Of a stretch of 30,676 nt of DNA, positions 7,340 to 16,761 are shown in pieces. Under the pieces are notes generated by a model, which was not told the origin of the DNA, searched no databases, and saw nothing but the letters and a program-made list of their open reading frames with translations. The DNA is from a virus. Taxonomy: Duplodnaviria; Caudoviricetes. The translations under genes were made by a program, and so were the position numbers. The stretch is from the IMG/VR virus record IMGVR_UViG_3300035182_000075, positions 1 through 30,676 of that record. One strand, 5' to 3'. Every line of letters starts with the position of its first letter. Position 1 is the stretch's first letter.

Positions 7340-7755
7340 TGTTGAGGCAGATCAAGCCAACGGACACGCAGATGGTGATTGCTGAGTTTGCACATCTGGC
7401 GTGGGTTCAGCGTGAAGAGGGGGATAAGAGCCGACACTTTGTCTGCCTCTTCGGCGATGGTCTTGCTGTTCCATATGGTTCCCCGGTTCATACTGGCACT
7501 GTCACTGCAACCTCGGCTGGTCTGAGGGTTCAGTACAGGAATGAGGACTTCACCCTGATCGACATGCGGTTCTACAAGAAGGAGGTCGAATTGATCGAAC
7601 ACTGTGGGACGTGTCGTTTCATGCGGGCGAAGGGGCAGGTTAGTCTTTGTTGCCTGAACCCACCTACGGTGAAGGATTACAATGCCAAAGGATTTCCGTG
7701 GCCGGTAGTCTATGCTGACGAAGACTGGTGTGGATCATACGAGGTGACGAAGTGA
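7333..7755 (+). CDS. Hypothetical protein with C-terminal Cys-rich domain
   Basis: CGTCRF...CCLNPP...WP.V...DWCG; start between 7333 and 7339. Confidence 0.75.
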   Translation: MVMLRQIKPTDTQMVIAEFAHLAWVQREEGDKSRHFVCLFGDGLAVPYGSPVHTGTVTATSAGLRVQYRNEDFTLIDMRFYKKEVELIEHCGTCRFMRAKGQVSLCCLNPPTVKDYNAKGFPWPVVYADEDWCGSYEVTK

Positions 7756-7820
7756 TCCGCTTCCTGATCTTTCTGGTAATTGTCATCTGGGTGTGGGCGG
7801 CGGTATTCTTGCTCGTATGA
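7752..7820 (+). CDS. 22-aa hydrophobic peptide coupled to terL
   Basis: GTG start, MIRFLIFLVIVIWVWAAVFLLV*, GAGG RBS, GTGA and ATGA overlaps. Confidence 0.6.
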   Translation: MIRFLIFLVIVIWVWAAVFLLV

Positions 7821-9469
7821 ACGCAGCTGCCCTCATCCACCCACCCAGATCGGTCCTGATGGAGATCGAGAAGCAGAGGTGCGAGAGGTCGTTCGCCGAG
7901 TTCGTCAAGGCGGCGTGGCATGTCATCGAGCCGGGCAACGCCTACGTCCATAACTGGCACATCGACTTCATCTGCTACCACCTTGAGGCGATCGCTGAAG
8001 GCGTCGAGCTTGAGAACGGCGAAATCTACAACCGGCTGCTCTGCAATGTGCCTCCGGGCACCATGAAGTCGCTGCTGTTCAGCGTGTTCTTCCCGGCGTG
8101 GGTCTGGGGTCCAAAGAACATGCCGAGCAAGCGGTTCCTGTCGGTCACGCATTCGCAAGAACTGACCGAGCGGGACACCGACAACACGCGGACGCTGGTC
8201 AAGAGCGACTGGTATCAGCGCCAGTGGGGCGACCGCGTCATCATCAAGCGGGACAAGGTCGACTTGCTCAGTACCACCCGCAGGGGCTTCCGGCAGGCCG
8301 CGACGTGGTCGAACGTCACCGGCAAGCGGGCCGACTTCGTAGTCGTCGACGATCCGCACAGTGTGAAGACCGCCGAGTCTGACGCCGAGCGGCGCCACAC
8401 GGTGCGGCTGTTCCGCGAGGCGATCCCGACGCGTCTGGTCAGCCCGATCCGGTCGGCGATCCTCGTGGTCATGCAGCGCCTGCATGAGGCAGACGTGTCG
8501 GGGTTCATCCTCGACAGCGACCTCGGCTACGACCACATCATGCTGCCTATGCGGTACGACCCGGGCCGCGCGAGACCGACCCAGCTTGGGATCGAGGACC
8601 CGCGCACCAAGGCAGGAGAGCTTCTGTTCCCTGACCGGTTTCCCGAGAGCGTGGTGGACCGGGACGAGAAGGTTCTGGGCGAGTATGCTACTGCCGGTCA
8701 GATGCAGCAGATACCGGCCCCTCGCGGTGGCGGCATCCTGAAGGCCCACTGGTGGCAGATGTGGACCGAGAAGATCTACCCACGCTTCGAGATCGTAGTC
8801 GCTAGTCTCGACACCGCCTATACCGAGAAGCAGGAGAACGACCCCAGCGCCATGACGATCTGGGGCATCTTCCGCAATGCCGACGGGACGTTTGCAACTC
8901 GTACGATTGATCCTTATGGGCGCACGATCGACTTGACGCCGAACGACCGGCAGCCGGACTACATGCAGCCCGCGCCGAAGGTGATGATGGCCTACGCGTG
9001 GGCCGAGCGGCTGGAGCTTCACGATCTGGTGGAGCGGGTCCACTTCAACTGCGCGCGGTACCACGTCGACATCCTGCTGATCGAGAACAAGGCGGCGGGG
9101 CACTCGGTGGCGCAGGAGATGAGGCGTCTCTACCAGAACGAGGACTGGCAGGTTGTGATGTACGACCCCAAAAGTGTCGACAAGTCGAGCCGGGCCTACA
9201 GCATCCAGCACCTGTTTCAGGAGGGCATGATCTACGCTCCGGGGACGCCGGAGACGGAGCTTTGGAAGGAATGGGCCGGTGGCGTGATTGATGAGTGTTC
9301 CGTGTTCCCGAAGGGTCAGCACGATGACCGCGTTGACACCGTGACGATGGCCCTGAACTGGATGCGAACAATCGGACTGCTGACGAGGAAGAATGAACGC
9401 TTGCAAGAACTGGAAGGTGCGACTAAACTGCGTAAATCATCTGATGGAGGGAACATATATGGGGTCTAG
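7817..9469 (+). CDS. terL: Terminase large subunit
   Basis: Walker A-like NVPPGTMKS, Walker B VVVDDPH, VVMQRLH, nuclease motifs SLDTAY and FPKGQHDDRVD. Confidence 0.97.
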   Translation: MNAAALIHPPRSVLMEIEKQRCERSFAEFVKAAWHVIEPGNAYVHNWHIDFICYHLEAIAEGVELENGEIYNRLLCNVPPGTMKSLLFSVFFPAWVWGPKNMPSKRFLSVTHSQELTERDTDNTRTLVKSDWYQRQWGDRVIIKRDKVDLLSTTRRGFRQAATWSNVTGKRADFVVVDDPHSVKTAESDAERRHTVRLFREAIPTRLVSPIRSAILVVMQRLHEADVSGFILDSDLGYDHIMLPMRYDPGRARPTQLGIEDPRTKAGELLFPDRFPESVVDRDEKVLGEYATAGQMQQIPAPRGGGILKAHWWQMWTEKIYPRFEIVVASLDTAYTEKQENDPSAMTIWGIFRNADGTFATRTIDPYGRTIDLTPNDRQPDYMQPAPKVMMAYAWAERLELHDLVERVHFNCARYHVDILLIENKAAGHSVAQEMRRLYQNEDWQVVMYDPKSVDKSSRAYSIQHLFQEGMIYAPGTPETELWKEWAGGVIDECSVFPKGQHDDRVDTVTMALNWMRTIGLLTRKNERLQELEGATKLRKSSDGGNIYGV

Positions 9470-9656
9470 GGTCACATGTGAGTCCGACGGCGGCAAGCTC
9501 AGCCGGGACGGCAAGTGGGAGGTCGACGTGCGCGGCACGCTGGCCTACGACGGAGTCAATCGCTCCTACGCCTTGGATGCCAAGAACGAGGCGGCGGCGG
9601 TCATGGAGGCGTTCCGGCTGTTCGTTTCCGAGCATGAGCCTGAGGTGCCGAAGTGA
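9459..9656 (+). CDS. Hypothetical protein
   Basis: GGAGG RBS before ATG 9459. Confidence 0.75.
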   Translation: MGSRVTCESDGGKLSRDGKWEVDVRGTLAYDGVNRSYALDAKNEAAAVMEAFRLFVSEHEPEVPK

Positions 9657-9838
9657 GCTACCTCCTCGAATGCTCCATTCCGCCCGAAGCCTACGTCGCC
9701 GAGCCGATGACGGCGGCGGAGATCGACACCCACCCGGATGCGGCTCGCATCTGGCGCACCATCAAGGAGGTGCGGGACATGGTGTTCCACGACAACCCGC
9801 CCATCTCTCGCCTGCCATTAGACTTCATCACCTACTGA
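9653..9838 (+). CDS. Hypothetical protein
   Basis: GAGG RBS, GTGA overlap. Confidence 0.7.
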   Translation: MSYLLECSIPPEAYVAEPMTAAEIDTHPDAARIWRTIKEVRDMVFHDNPPISRLPLDFITY

Positions 9839-9849
9839 GGGGAACCACC

Positions 9850-10116
9850 ATGACTGACGAGATGACCAAGCCCAAGCGTGGCCGCAAGACCATGCTGCCC
9901 TATGAGGCGATCCCGATGGGTCCGGGCACCCAGATCGTGGCCTACCAGACGCCGAGCGGCCTCGTGGCGCGTCTGGCCGACACGCCGGAGCGCGCCGTGG
10001 CGATTGCGTCCGAGATGGCCGAGGCTGGCCGCCGCACCGTGCTGATCTGGGGCGACCCGGTCAAGAAAGCTGAGCCGCCTGCCAAGACCGCTGTCATCAG
10101 CCCACTGGGGTTCTGA
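9850..10116 (+). CDS. Hypothetical protein
   Basis: GAGGGG RBS before ATG 9850 (MTDEMTKPKRGRK). Confidence 0.75.
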   Translation: MTDEMTKPKRGRKTMLPYEAIPMGPGTQIVAYQTPSGLVARLADTPERAVAIASEMAEAGRRTVLIWGDPVKKAEPPAKTAVISPLGF

Positions 10117-11186
10117 TGAGCTTCGTCATTGTCAACCGCAAGGCTCTGGGAGAAGCTTTGAAGCTGATCAAGCCGGTGGCAGAGAATGCCATCGGTGAGT
10201 TCGTCAAGCTGAGCCGGATAGGCGTGACCTTGACGCTCAAGTCGCAGAGTAATGACATCGGAGTCAGCGTTGATGTAGATTGCGGCGAAGGTGAGGATGC
10301 TTCCTGTGTCATCGGACACGCCGATTTCGCCAAGTTTGTGGCGGCGGCCAAGAGTGACGACGTGGTGATGACGTTCGAGGACAGCAGTCTGAGAATCACC
10401 TGCGGCAAGTCTTCGATTGACTTGATGTCTACGGACCCGAGGGCCGTGCCTGCTGTCGCAGTGCCACCGGTTGACAGCATCAGCCGAGACGGGTTGACTG
10501 ATGCCATCAAGTTCGCAGCCGCCGGAATGTCGAAGGAGAAGGTCCGCTATAACATGCGCGGGCTTTGGTTCCAGAGCCACGCTTCCGGCGTCAACATCTG
10601 GGGTGCCTCCGGACCGTTCATGCTGCGATCCCTTGTTCCGGGCCTTAAGCTCAGCGCCAATGGAACTGTTCCGTACGATGCTATTGATGTTATCAAGGCA
10701 TCTGGTGATGATTTAGCCATCGACATTCACGAGAGAGAGTGGGTGGCGACAGTTGTTCGGGCAGCAATGTGGGGTCCGATTCTGGGTGAGGCCTTCCCGA
10801 ATGTGCAGGATGTCGTCTCCCGCGTGCAAGAGATCGGGCAGGTGGCATCTATCAAGAGGGGCGACCTTTTGGACGCAATCGCCGTGGCTGCTGTCGGTTC
10901 GTCCGACGGAGACAAGCCGATGGTCACGCTTGAGGCCAAGAAGTCTGGGCTGTGGGTTACTGGCACCGAGCGCGGAAATGCAGTCAAGTCTGCCGGGCAG
11001 CACTTGATAGAGATGCCGTTGGATGTGCCGCTGAAGATCATCATCGACACGGCCAACCTGAAGAAGTCGGTCTCTGCCTTTCCGGACGGACCGATCAACA
11101 TCACGCACGGGAGGATCAGTAACGGCGATCTTATCCGGCTTTCGACCGACTGCCGTGAAGCCTACCTGATGGGAGTGATAGCATGA
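10116..11186 (+). CDS. dnaN: DNA polymerase III beta sliding-clamp-like protein (divergent)
   Basis: 356 aa; F.VNRKAL.EALK, RYNMRGLWF, FPNVQDVV and terminal YLMGV follow the three-domain beta-clamp pattern. Confidence 0.8.
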   Translation: MSFVIVNRKALGEALKLIKPVAENAIGEFVKLSRIGVTLTLKSQSNDIGVSVDVDCGEGEDASCVIGHADFAKFVAAAKSDDVVMTFEDSSLRITCGKSSIDLMSTDPRAVPAVAVPPVDSISRDGLTDAIKFAAAGMSKEKVRYNMRGLWFQSHASGVNIWGASGPFMLRSLVPGLKLSANGTVPYDAIDVIKASGDDLAIDIHEREWVATVVRAAMWGPILGEAFPNVQDVVSRVQEIGQVASIKRGDLLDAIAVAAVGSSDGDKPMVTLEAKKSGLWVTGTERGNAVKSAGQHLIEMPLDVPLKIIIDTANLKKSVSAFPDGPINITHGRISNGDLIRLSTDCREAYLMGVIA

Positions 11187-11500
11187 GGCTGATCTATTCG
11201 AAGAACACGACGGCGGCAGTGTTTGGTACCCGCGTGCCTATGGGTGAGACAGTCATGTCGACGTCCCGCGTGATCACCTTGGCGTTCGCAAGCACCGACG
11301 CTCTGGATGACGACACCGTGGCGAAGGTCAAATCCGGCGTCATCCAGAGCGAACAAATGGAGTCCGTGCTTGACAGCTTCGACCGCCTCGGCTGCAGCAT
11401 CGACTTCGGAAGCCCGGCTGAGATGATGCAACTAGCCAATATTCTGAACGAGACGGTCAAGGCCTACATGGAAGCGACGGCCCCCAGACAGACCCATTGA
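11183..11500 (+). CDS. Hypothetical protein
   Basis: GGAG RBS, ATGA overlap. Confidence 0.75.
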   Translation: MRLIYSKNTTAAVFGTRVPMGETVMSTSRVITLAFASTDALDDDTVAKVKSGVIQSEQMESVLDSFDRLGCSIDFGSPAEMMQLANILNETVKAYMEATAPRQTH

Positions 11501-11525
11501 GCGACCGTGATCGGTCTGCTATGGT
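11497..11525 (+). promoter_or_regulatory. Promoter for the portal/head operon
   Basis: TTGAGC-N17-TATGGT with extended TGn; the spacer holds the inverted repeat GACCG-tgat-CGGTC. Confidence 0.55.
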
Positions 11526-11546
11526 CTTCTGAACAAGGAGACCCGC

Positions 11547-13790
11547 ATGGCTGGCTTGATCCCTGAAGGCACGCATGTCTCAGTCGAGGGGGATGACGGT
11601 TCGATCGTCATCAACATCGACGGGCAGCCGGTCGATCCTGAAGAAGAAGAACGCGAGCAGCAATCTGACGGCTGGTTCGACAACCTCGTTGACGACATTG
11701 ACGCTGGTGAACTCTCCACCATCGTGGACGACCTAATTCGTGGGGTCGAAGACGATCTGGAGAGCCGGCATGAATGGATCGAGAACCGCGCGCAGGGTAT
11801 CAAGCTGCTGGGTCTGACGATCGAGGTGGGCAGCGGCACCGGAAGCGGCGACGATATGGCGGGCATCTCCAAGGTGCGTCACCCGCTCCTGCAGGAGGCG
11901 GTGCTGCGGTTCCAAGCCAACGCGCGATCCGAGCTTCTGCCAACCGACGGCCCCGTCAAGATCAGGGATGACTCGACCGACGGCACGCCGGATCGGGACG
12001 AGGTGGCTGACGCGCTGGAGAAGGACTTCAACCATTACCTGACTACGGTGGCGCGCGAGTATTACCCGGACACTGACCGCATGCTGCTGATGCTGGGTTT
12101 CGGCGGCCTGTCGTTCAAGAAGGTCTACTTCTGCCCACTTCGCAACAGGCCGGTGAGCGAGAGCGTCGACGCCGAGGACCTGATCGTTGGTGCCAAGGCA
12201 ACCGACCTCGCCACCGCCAGCCGGGTAACACACCGGGTGTGGCTGAAGCCGTCCACCGTGAGGCGGCTGCAGCTTCTGGGTGTCTACAAGGACATCGATC
12301 TGGAGCCGGCCAAGCTGCCAGACCCGGACGCCGCCAAGCAGGCGAAGGAAGATCAACAGGGCGTCAGGGATGTCACGAACGATCCGGCGCATCGCAACCG
12401 GGAAATCTACGAGGTCTACTGCGAACTGGACATCCCGGGATTCGAGCACAAGAAGGGCAACAAGCCGACCGGTCTGGAAATCCCGTACCGGGTCACGATC
12501 GACGTCACCAGCCGCACCGTGCTGAGCATCGTACGGAACTACGACGAGAATACTGACCTGCTGCCTGAGGCGCGGGAGACGTTCGTCCAGTACACATTCA
12601 TCCCCGGCTTCGGCTTCTACGGGATCGGGCTGCTGCACATCCTTGGGAACACCACCAACGCAATCACCGCAGCGTGGCGCGAGATGCTGGACGCTGGCAT
12701 GTTCGCCAACTTCCCGGGCTTCCTGTTCGCCGATGCGGGCGGTCGTCAGAACACCAACGAGTTCCGGGTCCCGCCGGGCGGAGGCGCGCCGGTCAAAACC
12801 AACGGCGGCGACATCCGGGCCGCGATCATGCCTCTCCCCTACAAGGAGGCTGGTCCCGGCATGATGCAGCTTGTGGAGAACATGGCACAGACCGGCATGC
12901 GGGTCGGTGGCACCTCCGAGATGCAGGTGGGTGAGGGCCGCGCAGATGCGCCGGTGGGCACCACGTTGGCGATGATCGAGCAGGCCATGAAGGTGCTGAA
13001 CAGCGTCCACAAGCGGATGCATGCGGCGCAGGCCCACGAGTTCCAGCTTCTGAAGGACTGCTTCAAGGAGCATCCGGAGAGTTTCTGGGAGCGGACCAAG
13101 AAGCCGACGATCAAGTGGAACGAGGAGGTCCTGCTGAAGGCGCTGGACGACAATGATCTGGTGCCGCAGGCCGACCCGAACACGTCCAGCCACGCGCAGC
13201 GCGTGATGAAGATCATGGCCCTGAAGCAACTGGCGATGTCGAACCAGCAGGCCTACGACATGATCGCCGTAGACAAGGCGGCCATGCTGGCGATGGGCTG
13301 GTCTAACCCAGACCAGTTCCTGCTTCCCGCCGCGCAGCGCGGACAGCCGACACCCGAGATCATCAAGGGTATGGCCGACATCAAGGCAGACCAGCAGAGG
13401 GCTGATGCGGACACGATGCGGGCGCAAGCTGCGATGCTGAAGGTGCAGCAGGGGTCTCCGCAGGGTGGGCTGGCAGGTCCTCAGGGTATGGCGCCGGAAG
13501 AGATTGCCCTGAGGCACCGGGAACTTGACTTGAAGGGTCAGGACCTCGACCAGAAGGGGAAACTCGCCGCGCTGGCGTTCCAGCGGGACAAAATGCAGGA
13601 TCAGAGCCGCGATGACGACCGTGAGGCCGGGGTGATGACCGAACAGATGCGGACGGATGCCGACCAGATGCACCAAGAGGCAGAGATGGCCCACGACCGC
13701 GACATGCTGCATTTCAAGGGCGTGCTTGATCTGGCGCGTCAGGTTGAGGCCAACAAGATGAAGGCTATCCCCAATGTCAAAGGCAAGTGA
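11547..13790 (+). CDS. Portal protein (P22-like with long C-terminal barrel)
   Basis: 747 aa, downstream of terL; HPLLQEAVLRFQANARSELLPTDGPVK, FKKVYF, PGFGFYGIGL, APVGTTLA; Q/A/D-rich helical tail. Confidence 0.93.
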   Translation: MAGLIPEGTHVSVEGDDGSIVINIDGQPVDPEEEEREQQSDGWFDNLVDDIDAGELSTIVDDLIRGVEDDLESRHEWIENRAQGIKLLGLTIEVGSGTGSGDDMAGISKVRHPLLQEAVLRFQANARSELLPTDGPVKIRDDSTDGTPDRDEVADALEKDFNHYLTTVAREYYPDTDRMLLMLGFGGLSFKKVYFCPLRNRPVSESVDAEDLIVGAKATDLATASRVTHRVWLKPSTVRRLQLLGVYKDIDLEPAKLPDPDAAKQAKEDQQGVRDVTNDPAHRNREIYEVYCELDIPGFEHKKGNKPTGLEIPYRVTIDVTSRTVLSIVRNYDENTDLLPEARETFVQYTFIPGFGFYGIGLLHILGNTTNAITAAWREMLDAGMFANFPGFLFADAGGRQNTNEFRVPPGGGAPVKTNGGDIRAAIMPLPYKEAGPGMMQLVENMAQTGMRVGGTSEMQVGEGRADAPVGTTLAMIEQAMKVLNSVHKRMHAAQAHEFQLLKDCFKEHPESFWERTKKPTIKWNEEVLLKALDDNDLVPQADPNTSSHAQRVMKIMALKQLAMSNQQAYDMIAVDKAAMLAMGWSNPDQFLLPAAQRGQPTPEIIKGMADIKADQQRADADTMRAQAAMLKVQQGSPQGGLAGPQGMAPEEIALRHRELDLKGQDLDQKGKLAALAFQRDKMQDQSRDDDREAGVMTEQMRTDADQMHQEAEMAHDRDMLHFKGVLDLARQVEANKMKAIPNVKGK

Positions 13791-16761
13791 TCTCGATCTC
13801 GCCCGCGCCGTGATGGCCAATAAGCGTGCGACCGGACCGGCTGGGCCTGCGTCCAAGTACATGCCGGGCGTGCCCCGGGCGGTGCATGCGGCTGGAGGGA
13901 AGGTGACCAAGGCTCATCCGGTGGATCGGTTCGCCGATGGCGGACCGGTGAACGGCGGAGACGACCACAGGCTGGTGGAGCAGATGAAGCGCATCTTGGA
14001 GGAGAACGGCGGCCACCAGCAAACTATGGAGCCGGGCGTCCAGCCGCTGGACCCGGACCGGCAGGCCAAGAGGGCTGCATTCCTTGCAGGCAACCATCCT
14101 GATGTGCCGGATGTCGTCTACCACGGCACCCGAAAGGACTTCGGGACCTTCTTCCCGCTGTCGCATTTCGGGACAAAGGAGGCGGCATCTGAACGTCTGT
14201 ATGGACGGTACCAAGATTTCGACCCGCGCCTTCCGATGTCGAAGCACGCCCACGACACCCAGATCATGCCAGTCCATCTGAGCATGAAGCGGCCTCTGAA
14301 CCTTGGCCGCGAAGATGACGGCTACGGTGAAAGCTGGTATAACGACAAGGACATGCTGCGTCAGGTGGCGACGGCGCTGCGGAAGCACGGCAAGCATAGC
14401 CACGCCAACGCCATAGAAGACATCGCCCATCAGGCGCGCAACCGCCCGGAGCTTCTAGAGCGCGGCCCGGGAAACGTTGCCTTCTACCGGCGCGCATCTG
14501 ACCTGCTGCAGGACGCCGGCTTCGACGGCCTGATGTATCAGAACCGGGTCGAAGACCCCGGCAGCAAGTCTTTCGTGCCGCTGATCCCGAACCAGATCAA
14601 GTCTGCCCTCGGAAACCGTGGATCGTACGATGCAAACGAGCATGCGATGCACAAGGCCGAGGGTGGTGAGGTTGAAGACCTCGGACTGCACCGGTTCCAC
14701 CGCAAGTTGGGCGCCGACATTCGAGCCACAGTGTCTGAGATGGCTGATGCAGTACGGAAGGCGCGCGAGGCTGGTGCATACGAAGGTCTGGACATCGGCA
14801 CCAAATTGCAGAGCCGGAACGTCAAGGGCGACCTTCTGCCGCCTGTCGAGATTACGCACCACACGGTCCAGAAATGGAAGCCGACCGACATGAACATGAG
14901 GCTGTTCAGGGAGCGTGGCTACAACCCGACCCTGATCGAGCACAACGGCGTCCAGTACATCCCGACCGCAAGCGTCCAGCAGGGTGTCAAGGACAGCGAG
15001 GGAAGCTCCACCTCCGGCGGCTGGTACACCGACCACCTCAAGCGGATGCCAAAGATCGGCAAGCTGCGGTCTGCCTTTGCCGAGGGTGGCCCGGTGGACA
15101 TCAGCACGCCTCGCAGCCTGCTGTCGCAGGAGCAGAATGACACGTTCACCCGGATGGCCAAGCACGGAGACGTGGTTCGGCGGGGCATCGCGGCGGGGCT
15201 GCATCGCGGCCTTCGGGTCGGCGACGAGTTCACCAGCGCCAAGGGTCGCAAGATCAAGGTGACCGGCCTGCACATGTCGGATCCGAAGCGGTTCAGCTTC
15301 GCGCACTTTGGCATCCAGCCGACCTTGTTCGAGGGCTACACCCCGTCGTTCCACTATGACACCGACGGTGGCTACACGTCAGGGATCGGCTCAGTCGACA
15401 TCCTGCACCACTGGAAACAGAACGGAGAAACGACAAGAACCGCCGGGCCGCTCCGCGCCGCCAACCCGGAGGAGTTCGCCACCGGCGGAACCGCGAAGCT
15501 CTACAGCAAGGCCGCAGAGGCGATCCGGTCCCTACCGATGAAGCAGGCGCCAGCCAGCCAGTATCTGGCGGCGCTGCCCGGTCGTGGGGTCAAGCAGGCT
15601 GAGATCAATCAGGCTGGGCGTACCCTTGGAGGGTTTGGGGACACAAGCATCCCCAGCAGCCGAGAAGACATGGCCTCTATTTTCGATGAAGCCATCCCCA
15701 GCGTCGTGACCAAGAAGTACGAGGAGCCTATCGACCTGACACCGGAAGAATTGACAGAGCGTGATCGGCTATACCGGATGCGCACGAGCGAGCGCACGCC
15801 GGAGGAGGAGGCGATATTTCAGGGTTTTATGGCAGACGGAGCCGGGGCTGACAAGCGCCGCTACCAGAAATACACCGAAGGACTGTCGCGCGGGCAGAAC
15901 TATCGCGAGCACCTGCTGACGCTGCCGTTCGAGAACGTCCACAAGAACTTCAGCCACCCGCACTGGCCGGGTGATCCGAACGTCGTGGCCCATCTGCGGA
16001 TGGAGGATCATGAGCCGGTGTCGGAACCGTTCTACAGTGAAGACATCCATAAGATAGCCAACGACAGATCTGATCTGAAGAAAAGACTTATGGCTTCAGG
16101 TCTTTCTGAACAGGATGCCATTGGTCACCCTGAATATCAGGAGGTATCGCACGCATTGAATCGTGCCTACTTGAGAGCGCATGAGCCGCTCGGTAAATAC
16201 CTACACCTGCACGAGACCCAGTCCGACTGGAACACCGCCGCTCGCAAGATGGGCATGACCGCCGATCGACCTGTGTCGGAGGCAGAGATCGAGGCTGCGC
16301 AAAACAGGCGCGGAATGATCGACCAACGCACAGACCCGGGTGGCCTTAAATGGAAAGCCGCCGACGCCGAAGTGGGCCGCCTGTCCAAGCTGCAGGCCGC
16401 GCCGCCGACGGCGCCATACGTGTCACCGACCGACAGCCAGCCGTGGATCGATCTGGCGATGAAGCATCTGCTGCATACGGCAGCGGAGGGCGGCTACGAC
16501 GGCGTCTCGGTGTCCACCCCTGAGGAGCAGATGAAACGGTGGCACGACAACGAGGGGACCGGCTTCAAGAAGCTGTATGGAAACGACGTTCCGAAGTCGC
16601 TGGTGAAGCATGTGCAGATGCATGACCCATCGATCACGCCGACCAAGCTGAGCACTGGCCACTTTGCGATCCCCTTGACCGAGAAGGCGAGGCAGAGCAT
16701 TCTGTCCCGAGGGTTCCCGGCGTTCCAGCGGGGCGGCTACATCGAGATCAGCCATGGTTAA
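13774..16761 (+). CDS. Multimodular (polyvalent-like) putative virion cargo protein: ADP-ribosyltransferase domain, two paralogous small modules, ExQSDW domain
   Basis: VVYHGT...HFGT...MPVHL...GFDGLMY...NQIKSALGNRG (ART-PolyVal-like); six xxxGGxV-type motifs at module borders. Confidence 0.85.
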   Translation: MSKASDLDLARAVMANKRATGPAGPASKYMPGVPRAVHAAGGKVTKAHPVDRFADGGPVNGGDDHRLVEQMKRILEENGGHQQTMEPGVQPLDPDRQAKRAAFLAGNHPDVPDVVYHGTRKDFGTFFPLSHFGTKEAASERLYGRYQDFDPRLPMSKHAHDTQIMPVHLSMKRPLNLGREDDGYGESWYNDKDMLRQVATALRKHGKHSHANAIEDIAHQARNRPELLERGPGNVAFYRRASDLLQDAGFDGLMYQNRVEDPGSKSFVPLIPNQIKSALGNRGSYDANEHAMHKAEGGEVEDLGLHRFHRKLGADIRATVSEMADAVRKAREAGAYEGLDIGTKLQSRNVKGDLLPPVEITHHTVQKWKPTDMNMRLFRERGYNPTLIEHNGVQYIPTASVQQGVKDSEGSSTSGGWYTDHLKRMPKIGKLRSAFAEGGPVDISTPRSLLSQEQNDTFTRMAKHGDVVRRGIAAGLHRGLRVGDEFTSAKGRKIKVTGLHMSDPKRFSFAHFGIQPTLFEGYTPSFHYDTDGGYTSGIGSVDILHHWKQNGETTRTAGPLRAANPEEFATGGTAKLYSKAAEAIRSLPMKQAPASQYLAALPGRGVKQAEINQAGRTLGGFGDTSIPSSREDMASIFDEAIPSVVTKKYEEPIDLTPEELTERDRLYRMRTSERTPEEEAIFQGFMADGAGADKRRYQKYTEGLSRGQNYREHLLTLPFENVHKNFSHPHWPGDPNVVAHLRMEDHEPVSEPFYSEDIHKIANDRSDLKKRLMASGLSEQDAIGHPEYQEVSHALNRAYLRAHEPLGKYLHLHETQSDWNTAARKMGMTADRPVSEAEIEAAQNRRGMIDQRTDPGGLKWKAADAEVGRLSKLQAAPPTAPYVSPTDSQPWIDLAMKHLLHTAAEGGYDGVSVSTPEEQMKRWHDNEGTGFKKLYGNDVPKSLVKHVQMHDPSITPTKLSTGHFAIPLTEKARQSILSRGFPAFQRGGYIEISHG

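Noticed and set aside
7664-9406. 580-aa minus-strand ORF
   Set aside because: Antisense shadow of terL caused by high-GC codon bias; no recognisable motifs.
12795-12815. KTNGGDI in the portal (and KTEGGQT in the major capsid protein) as further GG tags
   Set aside because: Thr at position 2 and location inside conserved folded cores; treated as background, which shows the motif needs a statistical test.
13760-13800. Programmed frameshift fusing the portal to the downstream protein
   Set aside because: No canonical slippery heptamer in the overlap; a plain ATG start with an upstream AAGG is sufficient.
11733-13910. 725-aa minus-strand ORF
   Set aside because: Antisense shadow of the portal gene.
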